Both the position numbers and the translations under genes were made by a program. Below are positions 56,012-64,000 of a DNA stretch of 64,000 nucleotides, piece by piece. The stretch is from a virus. Its lineage: Duplodnaviria > Caudoviricetes. Below the pieces are notes generated by a model that worked only from the letters and a program-made list of their open reading frames with translations, was not told the DNA's origin and did not search any database. The DNA lies in the IMG/VR virus record IMGVR_UViG_3300046786_000226, positions 1 to 64,000 of that record; one strand, 5' to 3'. Position 1 is the stretch's first letter, and each line of letters starts with the position of its first letter.

Positions 56012-56737
56012 TTATTTAGTTTGTGCTATTCTATCCAGGATTATTTTAGCAAAATTCATATTGGATTTTTCTCCTGCATGGCCTAAATCCCTGGCATGGT
56101 CAATTATAGAAATTTCATCGCTGTGAGCATATATGAATTTAATATTGAGATGATTACATATCATTTCAATGGCTAACTTATGTTTCAAAGAATGCAATAC
56201 AACGTTTTCATGTAGAGATAACCAATGTTCGTAAAAACTTCTAAAAGAAGGCTCTCGATATTGATCCGGTTGTATAGTAGCCCAAAAATCATAGATCCTG
56301 CGCTTGGCACTATATAAAGCCATTCTACCCGGTGGCGGTTCTAGTAATACAACTATTTTAGGTTTTACTTGCGGTATATAATGATTAGCCAATCTGAATG
56401 CAGTGTCAGGTCCGCATCCCGGCATGCCTAAATTAAAATTCTTCAGATCCAATGTTTTTGCAACGTTATATGCCCATGTACTTTCATAGGGCAAGCCAAT
56501 GCCAGCAGTATGACTACATCCAAAAAACATTATATTGTCGTCATGACTAAACTCTTCTGAACGAAATCCATAGCCATTAAATTTGTATGTAAATTGTCTA
56601 CCTACCCAGTTATTTTGGCTCATTTGATCATAATTATTTTCAATATTATACAAGTAAAGTTCTTCGGTGTCATTGGGTAGCCATGATAGTTCTTTATCTA
56701 TATTATGAATGTTTTGATGATGTATTGTATTAAACAT
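56012..56737 (-). CDS. SGNH/GDSL-like protein
   Basis: FFGCSHTAG, NLGMPGCG, DLGHAG. Confidence 0.65.
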   Translation of the reverse strand: MFNTIHHQNIHNIDKELSWLPNDTEELYLYNIENNYDQMSQNNWVGRQFTYKFNGYGFRSEEFSHDDNIMFFGCSHTAGIGLPYESTWAYNVAKTLDLKNFNLGMPGCGPDTAFRLANHYIPQVKPKIVVLLEPPPGRMALYSAKRRIYDFWATIQPDQYREPSFRSFYEHWLSLHENVVLHSLKHKLAIEMICNHLNIKFIYAHSDEISIIDHARDLGHAGEKSNMNFAKIILDRIAQTK

Positions 56738-56759
56738 ATACTTTATTTATAGTCATAAA

Positions 56760-56781
56760 AAAAGCACCTTGCGGTGCTTTT
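56760..56781. terminator. intrinsic terminator after the phasin-like gene
   Basis: AAAAGCACC-TTGC-GGTGCTTTT. Confidence 0.8.
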
Positions 56782-56794
56782 AAAATAATTTAAA

Positions 56795-57067
56795 TTATTT
56801 TTTAGTTGTAGCTGTATAAGCTTTCATAATGCCTTCACCAAATTTAACATAGTCAAATTTCATAGCATTTTGAACTGCTTTAGTTGTTTCACTGGCCAAT
56901 GTTGTAGCTGTATCCATACCGACTTTAGCGGCTTTTTTAGTGTATTCGGCTTGTGCATCAATGAATGTGTTCATTGCTTCTGCCACTGTTTCGTTTTGAA
57001 CAAAGGTCTTAACGAAAGTTTTCTTTGCACCTTGAATGGTGTCGATTGATTGATCTACTGTAAACAT
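56795..57067 (-). CDS. phasin-like amphipathic helical protein
   Basis: 90 aa, A/T/K-rich, all-helical; AAGGAG SD; PhaR-like box upstream. Confidence 0.55.
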   Translation of the reverse strand: MFTVDQSIDTIQGAKKTFVKTFVQNETVAEAMNTFIDAQAEYTKKAAKVGMDTATTLASETTKAVQNAMKFDYVKFGEGIMKAYTATTKK

Positions 57068-57126
57068 AATTTTCTCCTTAATGTAAGCAAGTAATAAAAT
57101 AGCTCTATCTTAGACGCTATAAGTTT

Positions 57127-57158
57127 ATTATAACATTATTTATGTTGCGACGCAACAT
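57127..57158 (-). promoter_or_regulatory. promoter with a palindromic operator over the -35 element
   Basis: TTGCGT-N17-TATAAT (57155-57127); palindrome ATGTTGCG-A-CGCAACAT at 57142-57158. Confidence 0.65.
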
Positions 57159-57192
57159 TTTTCAGTGATTATTTTAGTGAATGGTCACTAAT

Positions 57193-57600
57193 TTAACTGT
57201 GTAATGTTACCAAAATATCTTTGATTGATTCTTTGGGCAATTCATTGACATCGCCTTTAATTGTTGTACAAATTTTGTTAAACCAAATTCGTGCTTCAGT
57301 AGCAGGATCTCTAGTATCATCGTAGTAAACATCAACAAAGAAATCGCTGTCTTTGATAGCATTAAATCTATTTGAGTATTTTTCAAATGCTGATATTTTT
57401 ACGCTGTCGCTGACAGGGACTTGATTATAAACCTTTAACAATGCAATAATGGCAGTGGCTTTATCTACAACTTTGCCATTCCAAGCAAATACATCATCAA
57501 ACACATGAGCAGGTTTGCCGCTGAGTGTGCTGATTAGTGCCGCTTGGCCCAGCTCAGTATCCAAGAGTTGTTGCGTCAAATTCATAGTTGATTTCCTCAT
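57193..57600 (-). CDS. hypothetical protein
   Basis: 135 aa. Confidence 0.65.
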   Translation of the reverse strand: MRKSTMNLTQQLLDTELGQAALISTLSGKPAHVFDDVFAWNGKVVDKATAIIALLKVYNQVPVSDSVKISAFEKYSNRFNAIKDSDFFVDVYYDDTRDPATEARIWFNKICTTIKGDVNELPKESIKDILVTLHS

Positions 57601-58171
57601 TGTTGATAATGTCTAAAAATTCACTGTTGGGCATAACATAACCATAGCCCACATATTTGGCATAACGTGCCAGGAATCCACGACGGTCCAATTTGTTTAC
57701 TTTAAGTACATTGTTTCTAGCATCTTCGATACCAGGACCTGACAAATTTAAATCTTTGTCCACAGCAATTTGACAGCAAGTAAAGTCAAAGTTAGCAAAC
57801 ACATCGTCTAATGTTTCATAGTATGCTCTGCGAATTAATTGTACTTTGTAATCACCTACTGTATACGTTCGAGCATTGTCACTGCTAAATGTTTCATAGA
57901 TATGATTACCAAATGTGTTGTCCAATCTAATCAAGCATTGTTCGTAGCTTTTGGCATTATTGAACCATATATCAATGTCAGCAAATGATTGACAAGTAGG
58001 GTCAATGGCAAGCTGTCTGCCCATGCCTCCGGCGATCCAGGGACCTTGTTCCTGTGTGCTGTCTAAGTAGATTGTATCTACAATGTTTTTTAATGTGGGT
58101 GCTGTGTAGTTACGTGCTTTATAGTCAGAGCTAGTAATACTGCCAAATAATTCAGTTAGGTTTGTGTACAT
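57554..58171 (-). CDS. CCA-adding / poly(A) polymerase head-like nucleotidyltransferase
   Basis: WIAGGMGR, ADIDIWF, FDFTCCQIA. Confidence 0.75.
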   Translation of the reverse strand: MYTNLTELFGSITSSDYKARNYTAPTLKNIVDTIYLDSTQEQGPWIAGGMGRQLAIDPTCQSFADIDIWFNNAKSYEQCLIRLDNTFGNHIYETFSSDNARTYTVGDYKVQLIRRAYYETLDDVFANFDFTCCQIAVDKDLNLSGPGIEDARNNVLKVNKLDRRGFLARYAKYVGYGYVMPNSEFLDIINNEEINYEFDATTLGY

Positions 58172-58177
58172 TTTTAA

Positions 58178-58894
58178 TCAACTTATAAAATTTAATATCT
58201 TTTCAGTAGTTGCGCGATGTGAAAGTATTCCTGGATGCGATAAATCTCTTGCCAAATCATTTTCTATAAAACAAAAATCAGATTCTATGTTAAAATTTAA
58301 AAATTTAATACCCTGTGTATTACACAAATGTTTAATTGCTAGTTGATTCTTTAATTGATTCAATCTGGCATTTTCTTCATGCATGATCCATTTTAAATAA
58401 AAAGAATTAGTCATCGCATAATTCTGAACTGTGTTGTTTACTCTGAAATGAATACTACTTCCTTCTGGCTCAGCTGTTGTTATTTCTAGTCTTGACTTAT
58501 CCGGAGACATTAATAGCACTATATCAGGTTTAATTCTCGAAAGCCATGTTTCTGCTAATCTAAATGCGGTGTCATTGGAAGATCCCGACAATGCTAAATT
58601 ACAACAATTATAGCCTAATGCCCTGGATACTTGCGTGGGAAATATATCTTCATTTCTTAGTGCCGTACCAAAAGTTATACTACATCCTAAAAATAAGATG
58701 TTTTTACTTTCTTTGAATTCCTCGCATCTAAAACCGTGACTGTTAAACTTGTATTTGATAGTTTTATCTATCCATCCAGCACTATGTAATTCTTCAAATC
58801 GATGTTCTAAGTTATGGCGGTAAAGATCCTGTGTATCTCCCAAATGCCATTCTGTTTCTGTACTGCGAAATTGTAAATTGTCAATTACTAACAT
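58178..58894 (-). CDS. SGNH/GDSL-like protein, paralog of 56012-56737
   Basis: YKFNSHGFR, FLGCSITFG, NLALSGSSN, DLSHPG. Confidence 0.65.
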   Translation of the reverse strand: MLVIDNLQFRSTETEWHLGDTQDLYRHNLEHRFEELHSAGWIDKTIKYKFNSHGFRCEEFKESKNILFLGCSITFGTALRNEDIFPTQVSRALGYNCCNLALSGSSNDTAFRLAETWLSRIKPDIVLLMSPDKSRLEITTAEPEGSSIHFRVNNTVQNYAMTNSFYLKWIMHEENARLNQLKNQLAIKHLCNTQGIKFLNFNIESDFCFIENDLARDLSHPGILSHRATTEKILNFIS

Positions 58895-59024
58895 TGCGAT
58901 TAATCAATTTGAAAAGTTTAACATAATAAGCAAACTGAATTGGATGATGTTCAAAGTTTGGCAACATATCGCCAAACTCTGCTTCCATTGCGGCATATAA
59001 TGCTAATGCTTGCTCGTCGGTCAT
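58881..59024 (-). CDS. small hypothetical protein (47 aa)
   Basis: MTDEQALALYAAMEAEFGDMLPNFEHHPIQFAYYVKLFKLINRNVSN fills the gap with overlaps at both ends. Confidence 0.65.
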   Translation of the reverse strand: MTDEQALALYAAMEAEFGDMLPNFEHHPIQFAYYVKLFKLINRNVSN

Positions 59025-60325
59025 TTAACTTTTAACTTAGCTTCGACATTGAATTTAGACATTGCTTCTGTGGCCAATTCAAAATCACTTTCTTTTACAT
59101 AAAGAATTGGATTTTTTAATCCGTCAATAACTTCAAACTTTATCTCACTGAGAGGAATTCCGCTACGTTCTGTAAATAATTTTTGAAAATCCCCGAGTTC
59201 GTATAGTACATGAGCCATTCTTATTTTAAGAATTAATTTCCCAGTTAATTTAAATCTAGTACCGTTGTCCAGTAATTCAATAGTATCTTCGGTGACTATA
59301 TTGTTTCTAAATGATCCTGGTAATTCATTAAAAACATTATCATCGACGGCAGAGAACATTAACTGGTCAGTGCCTTCTTTCTTTTTAAGTTTGACGAATT
59401 CATTGATCCATTTAAAGCTAGTGTCTGTTAGTGTGTGTCTAATAGCCAATGGTGGAGGACATCTGGCAGTGCCAAAACAATCTACAATGTTTTCAATTTC
59501 TGATCTACTGGTCACATACTCGACACATTCAGAGTTAAAATTATAACCTCCCGAAGTTAACATTCTAAGTTTCTTAGGTAACTCACAGCCAAAATTCATC
59601 ATTTGTTTATCAATGTGAATATGTGTTGCTTTATGATATTCAGAGGGCCAGTCAGCAGGGAATGGACATATCGAAATATTTTTAACTTTAAAAAATGCAG
59701 GATAGATTGACAATGTGCCCACTCCGATATGGCTAAAAGGTCTCATCATGACTACATAGTCATCTTCAATGAAGTAGTTTTTCATTGCAGCGGCGATGCT
59801 ACTGCCTTCTATTTTTTCTGTGGTATATAACAATGTAATGTCATTGGCTTCGATGATACCAACAATATTAACTTTCTTATTCTTAGAATAATCAAATACC
59901 AAATCATCACATTTGTAATATGAAAACGCAGAGATTTCCATGTTCTTAGTATCAGTTAATGTGATACAAGTAGGATCATTTGACAAAATACTGTCTAACT
60001 TTGCTACGCCATCTTCGTTGGGAACCCCAGTAAAGAATAAATGAGAATACAAATGTTTGTAATCATCGAAGTTAAATGTGCCATTGTGATAAACCATTGT
60101 GTATTCTTTGCCGCTTTTGTGCAATGCCAGCATAAATGCCACTGACAACAAAGATAAGTTACCAAATCCAACAGCAATTTTTTCATATTTAGAATACATG
60201 ATCAAGTCTAAATAATAAGCCACAGCACGGCCAATATCTTCCTTGGAATAATCTTTATATTCCGAATAAACTAATGATTTTGTTCGAACATTAATGTCGT
60301 CACGAATAGCAAATCTAAAATTCAT
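59021..60325 (-). CDS. divergent ANL (acyl-CoA synthetase-like) adenylation-fold protein
   Basis: RPFSHIG, LTSGGYN, DCFGTARC, EDTIEL..FKLTGK resemble ANL core motifs; degenerate. Confidence 0.5.
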   Translation of the reverse strand: MNFRFAIRDDINVRTKSLVYSEYKDYSKEDIGRAVAYYLDLIMYSKYEKIAVGFGNLSLLSVAFMLALHKSGKEYTMVYHNGTFNFDDYKHLYSHLFFTGVPNEDGVAKLDSILSNDPTCITLTDTKNMEISAFSYYKCDDLVFDYSKNKKVNIVGIIEANDITLLYTTEKIEGSSIAAAMKNYFIEDDYVVMMRPFSHIGVGTLSIYPAFFKVKNISICPFPADWPSEYHKATHIHIDKQMMNFGCELPKKLRMLTSGGYNFNSECVEYVTSRSEIENIVDCFGTARCPPPLAIRHTLTDTSFKWINEFVKLKKKEGTDQLMFSAVDDNVFNELPGSFRNNIVTEDTIELLDNGTRFKLTGKLILKIRMAHVLYELGDFQKLFTERSGIPLSEIKFEVIDGLKNPILYVKESDFELATEAMSKFNVEAKLKVK

Positions 60326-60326
60326 T

Positions 60327-61337
60327 TTACAATAATTCTTTTAACTTAAAGCTAGCAAGGTTCTTACCTTTGCTTTCGCACATAATGTCTGCCCAAGAAC
60401 TGTGCGTTATAGCCCACGTATTTACTGCATCATTCCAGTAGAAGTCACTGTGTGCTCTGAGCTTGCCTCGCTTATGGCCCGTTTCCATTAGCGTACTAAG
60501 AGTGGGACGCTGTGATCCGGAATGTCCGACAAGTACGTCTTCACGGCTGACGGAGTAGTGTATAACAGGACGAGTACCACGCCAGCTATCAACAATCTTT
60601 TTAATGCGTTCATCAGTGTTTTCAATATATTCTCCAGTTTTAATCCAATGGTGATGGATATCAAGTACTAGAGCACAAGTATCCACTAATTCTAAACTAC
60701 TTTCAATACCCCAAGAAATTTCATCATTCTCGATGGTAATCATGTTTCGTGCTTCGGGACTGAGACGTTTCATTACATCTTTAATGCCCTGTGGACCACG
60801 ACGTCCTGCGATATGTACATTAATCTTAAAGTCTTGGAATGTCTTACCATAGCCCATGTAACGAGCCATGTCAACGTGATATTCAAATTCTTCTATACTG
60901 CGATCAACAATGCTAGGAGTTTCGCTAGCAAGGACACAAAACTGGCCAGGATGAAAACTAAGGCGTACACCACGAGCCCTAGCAACATCGCCAATACTAG
61001 AAAAAACTCTACTACAATACTCCACAACATCTGGCCTACGCCAGAAGTAACTCCAGCTGGGTTCTGTATAAGCAGGTAGCAGATCACTGCTAATACGCAC
61101 CATCCTAAGACTTTCATCGAGTTCACCTACTCTTTCAATGAGTTTACGTGTAGCTTCTAAGTTTTGAACCATCAGGTCCCATAGCTTTTGTTCGGCTACA
61201 TCCTTAGTTTGGCGTTTAAGCCAAGTAATAGTGGTCGTGCCTGTGTTGTACTGCTTACAGTCGTCTTTGGGTTTGATACCATCAACCTGATGTGGATGGT
61301 CAATCCACTTACAAGCAAAACCAATTTTCTTTGTCAT
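60327..61337 (-). CDS. uvsE: UV damage endonuclease
   Basis: KIGFACK, RISSDLLP, SFHPGQF, INVHIAG, IENDE, LDIHHHW, HSD, DIMCESKGKN. Confidence 0.93.
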   Translation of the reverse strand: MTKKIGFACKWIDHPHQVDGIKPKDDCKQYNTGTTTITWLKRQTKDVAEQKLWDLMVQNLEATRKLIERVGELDESLRMVRISSDLLPAYTEPSWSYFWRRPDVVEYCSRVFSSIGDVARARGVRLSFHPGQFCVLASETPSIVDRSIEEFEYHVDMARYMGYGKTFQDFKINVHIAGRRGPQGIKDVMKRLSPEARNMITIENDEISWGIESSLELVDTCALVLDIHHHWIKTGEYIENTDERIKKIVDSWRGTRPVIHYSVSREDVLVGHSGSQRPTLSTLMETGHKRGKLRAHSDFYWNDAVNTWAITHSSWADIMCESKGKNLASFKLKELL

Positions 61338-61831
61338 ACGTTACCAAGTAAGTTAAACATAAAGATTTCTTCTTTTGGAATAATGTACACATTCCAACCT
61401 TCACGTCTATAATTTTTATATGCTGGCACACTTCCGCCCAATGCTCTAATTGTAATATCTTTTTTCTTAATAGCAGGTACCAGTGTCAGTGTCGTTTCAT
61501 TTAATTTTAACACCTTAAAGGGAAAAGGTCTATTATTTTGGACAGCCAAAACAAAGTCACCTTGGTTAATTTGTTTACCCATCATATCCCTGTGATGCTT
61601 GTTGGGTTCAACACTAACTACATCTTTGGTTACACGCTTTTTGGGTTTTGGTTTCGAAGGCGGCATGGGCAAACTAGCACCTCCACCAGTTAAGTATCCA
61701 AAAGTTTGTGCTTGAGCTCTTCCACCTGGGCCCTTGGGTCCCTTTTTTGGTTTCGAAACAGGTGTTCCGATATAAGCACTGAATGGGCTAGCGGCTGTTC
61801 GCTGTGCCTGTGTCATTGGTCTCATAGCCAT
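61334..61831 (-). CDS. hypothetical basic protein
   Basis: 165 aa, K/P-rich N-terminus, SH3/KOW-like C-terminus. Confidence 0.7.
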   Translation of the reverse strand: MAMRPMTQAQRTAASPFSAYIGTPVSKPKKGPKGPGGRAQAQTFGYLTGGGASLPMPPSKPKPKKRVTKDVVSVEPNKHHRDMMGKQINQGDFVLAVQNNRPFPFKVLKLNETTLTLVPAIKKKDITIRALGGSVPAYKNYRREGWNVYIIPKEEIFMFNLLGNV

Positions 61832-61859
61832 AATAATCCTAATAAGTTAATATACTAGA

Positions 61860-61888
61860 ATTATACACTATACATTAATATATGTCAA
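61860..61888 (-). promoter_or_regulatory. sigma70-type promoter
   Basis: TTGACA-N17-TATAAT. Confidence 0.8.
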
Positions 61889-62253
61889 TGCTTAGATTTG
61901 TAAATAATCCAACGCCCATAACAATATTCGGTTTTTTCACAGTAAACACGCCAATTTAATTTGGATATTAATTTCCCAGGATCTTCATAGGTAAAGTCTA
62001 CAGTAACCAATTTATCTGCGGGTAACTTGTTTCTAAACTTGGCTTCCAAAATCATGCTAACACTATGAGTATAACCTTCATGTAAGTTATCTCTGGTCAT
62101 TATATCATTTAAGATTTTTGGTAAACAGCTAATAATTAATCCGCCTTGTACCATTAAGTCGACACTATGTACAGGGCCGGAGTCTCCAGTGATTTTACCG
62201 AATTCAATGACTTGTTCTTTAGAAAATTGTAGTTGTGTTGACAGTACACGCAT
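61885..62253 (-). CDS. MaoC-like hot-dog dehydratase
   Basis: FGKITGDSGPVH, VQGGLII, AKFRNKL. Confidence 0.65.
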   Translation of the reverse strand: MRVLSTQLQFSKEQVIEFGKITGDSGPVHSVDLMVQGGLIISCLPKILNDIMTRDNLHEGYTHSVSMILEAKFRNKLPADKLVTVDFTYEDPGKLISKLNWRVYCEKTEYCYGRWIIYKSKH

Positions 62254-62259
62254 ACATAT

Positions 62260-62288
62260 ATTATATGCTATACAATTAAAAATGTCAA
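62260..62288 (-). promoter_or_regulatory. sigma70-type promoter
   Basis: TTGACA-N17-TATAAT. Confidence 0.8.
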
Positions 62289-62626
62289 ACTAATTTGTTG
62301 CTTAATTGTTCCATAACAGCACGATTTAGATATTGCTGTTCTTCTACTATGCTCATGCTACTTTCACATTCAAAATCATCATTGGGAAATAACTCTTCTA
62401 AACTGTAAAGTATATCGTCACCTTCATCGCCCGAAATATCTTTGGATAAACGCACATCATAACAATGTGCGTTTTCGTCTTCATGATAAACCATTACTAC
62501 GTCATTGTCGTCTGCGTGGGCAGGTGAAACGTCATTAACAGCAAAGAGGAAATCTCGCGCCTCTTCACTGCTAATTGTTCTAGGCATGCGTAGCCTAAAG
62601 TAATGTTCGAACTCGTCTGTTATCAT
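62285..62626 (-). CDS. hypothetical acidic protein
   Basis: 113 aa. Confidence 0.7.
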   Translation of the reverse strand: MITDEFEHYFRLRMPRTISSEEARDFLFAVNDVSPAHADDNDVVMVYHEDENAHCYDVRLSKDISGDEGDDILYSLEELFPNDDFECESSMSIVEEQQYLNRAVMEQLSNKLV

Positions 62627-62634
62627 ACAGTTAC

Positions 62635-63219
62635 TTAGTTGGCTTTACCTTCAACTTTTTCTTTTGTACGACCATATGCGGCAATACCAAGAACAGCACC
62701 CATAGCAATATGATATAAACCAGCACCTTGTAGTGTTAATGGTTGCCATTGACTAGTCACGTTGCCTTTTGTAAGGGCTTGTAATAAACTCCATAAAATT
62801 GGGAATAACACAAAGTCCATGGTACATGTTAACATGTAAACCCAACCCATAACTGGACGCCATTTTTTGTTAATCCAATCTGTGGCATCTTTGTCTAAGG
62901 CTACTGTGCTTTCTCCACCTTGATGCATTGCGCCTGCAGCTTGACCGCTAGTGTTATTAACTGGTGCACTGGCAAAATTACTTGGGGCGGATGGTGCACC
63001 AAATCCACCGGTGCTCTGGCCACCGAATCCGCTTGCTGATGGGCTACTAAAACCTCCAGAACTCGGACTACCAAATCCTGAACTTGCTGGAGCTGTTGCG
63101 GCAGCGGCACCGAAGCCTCCGCCGAATCCACCAGTGCTTCCTGGAGGTGGAGTTTTGCTTTGTGCAATCTGTGGTAAATTACCTGGATCAACGAAATCGT
63201 CTTCATCTAACTTTGGCAT
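62635..63219 (-). CDS. holin-like membrane protein with disordered GF-repeat N-terminus
   Basis: DWINKKWRPVMGW, TM helix, FHIAMG-like YHIAMGAVLGIAAYGRTKEK. Confidence 0.65.
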   Translation of the reverse strand: MPKLDEDDFVDPGNLPQIAQSKTPPPGSTGGFGGGFGAAAATAPASSGFGSPSSGGFSSPSASGFGGQSTGGFGAPSAPSNFASAPVNNTSGQAAGAMHQGGESTVALDKDATDWINKKWRPVMGWVYMLTCTMDFVLFPILWSLLQALTKGNVTSQWQPLTLQGAGLYHIAMGAVLGIAAYGRTKEKVEGKAN

Positions 63220-63231
63220 TTTAATTTTCCT

Positions 63232-64000
63232 TTATACGTATGTTAATTTAATAGTAACTATTCCAGTGTTACCTTGATAATTATTTAGGTTAGCAAATAT
63301 AGTTGTGTAATCTGTGGTTATATATTCAGGATCCACTGTGAATATTGCATTGCCTATTAATCGACTGTCTCTGTTTTCTAATAACATTTCTTCCTGATCT
63401 GTATAGATTTCTACTAGACTTATATCTGTGTTAAATGTAGCATTTTCGACTTCGATGCCGATGTTTATTATTTTTCTTCCTATGCTAATTGTTCCTAGCT
63501 CAATTACACTACTAGGTTTTGTTGCTAGGTTATATGAAGTTACAAGAGTTCTTGCATCTGTTGCTACGCTTCGCTCACCGCCAACTTTAGTCCATTGTTC
63601 ACCATCGTATGTGTATGTTGCCCATTCTCCATTACCAGCATCTATGACATAACATTGATCGCCTACTAGTGCATTCAATGCGTCCCTGCCTGTTAAGTCA
63701 GCTACTACAGTAGTAGCACTTGAACGCAGACCTTGTTCAATGTTTAGACCCAACGCATAACGGCCGTTTTGTCCGCTTAATACACCTGCTGTATCTAAAA
63801 ACTGTCCAGCAAAGTCCCTTATAGTTAATGGGCCACCATCTAAACGCATTAATCGTAGAGCAGATGTTGTAGTGTTAGCAGGTGTGCTTTCTGGTAAACT
63901 AGATACAGAGCTTGCGCCAGCAAAGTTATTACCGTTTAAGTCTGCGCTAACATTAACAATATCAATTGCGCCACCAGCATTATGTCTTAATTTAATATCA
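63232..64000 (-). CDS. structural protein, C-terminal part (runs off window end)
   Basis: Frame stays open to 64000 (DIKLRHNAGG...); beta-rich, DAGNGEWATYTYDGEQW. Confidence 0.75.
   Translation of the reverse strand, partial: DIKLRHNAGGAIDIVNVSADLNGNNFAGASSVSSLPESTPANTTTSALRLMRLDGGPLTIRDFAGQFLDTAGVLSGQNGRYALGLNIEQGLRSSATTVVADLTGRDALNALVGDQCYVIDAGNGEWATYTYDGEQWTKVGGERSVATDARTLVTSYNLATKPSSVIELGTISIGRKIINIGIEVENATFNTDISLVEIYTDQEEMLLENRDSRLIGNAIFTVDPEYITTDYTTIFANLNNYQGNTGIVTIKLTYV

Noticed and set aside
62901-63206. Overlapping alternate-frame ORF in the holin N-terminus
   Set aside because: Stop-free frame expected from low-complexity GC-rich codons; no SD.

Overview
A 64-kb, gene-dense, AT-rich fragment of a large T4-like (myovirus-type) dsDNA phage, read in the standard genetic code and mostly on the minus strand. 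I found no tRNA, rRNA, CRISPR array, integrase or transposase. Left to right: (1) an early region of small ORFs, each behind a near-consensus sigma70 promoter, ending in a partial MoxR-type AAA ATPase; (2) an accessory enzyme island (radical SAM, Fe/2OG-type oxygenases, flavoenzyme, PP-loop ATPases, two TctC/Bug binding proteins); (3) RNase H-like nuclease, metK and a dispersed 7-deazaguanine DNA-modification set (queE, folE, DpdA-like transglycosylase, DpdL-like T-fold protein) mixed with a glycosyltransferase and sugar-type oxidoreductases; (4) a sliding-clamp-like gene, family B DNA polymerase and Dps; (5) an 11-kb run in which 11 of 13 genes start with a motif resembling the T4 capsid-targeting sequence and many carry internal prohead-protease-like sites, i.e. 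a probable battery of virion-packaged cargo proteins, one hiding an internal Tat signal peptide (the best candidate for an undescribed system); (6) fibre and collagen genes, a candidate structured RNA, a third TctC cassette, a secreted nuclease, a phasin-like gene whose promoter carries a PhaR-like palindrome, uvsE, a MaoC-like protein and a holin-like gene. TctC/Bug and phasin genes suggest a proteobacterial, probably Burkholderiales, host (inference). All protein calls come from motifs read by eye; no database searches were run.
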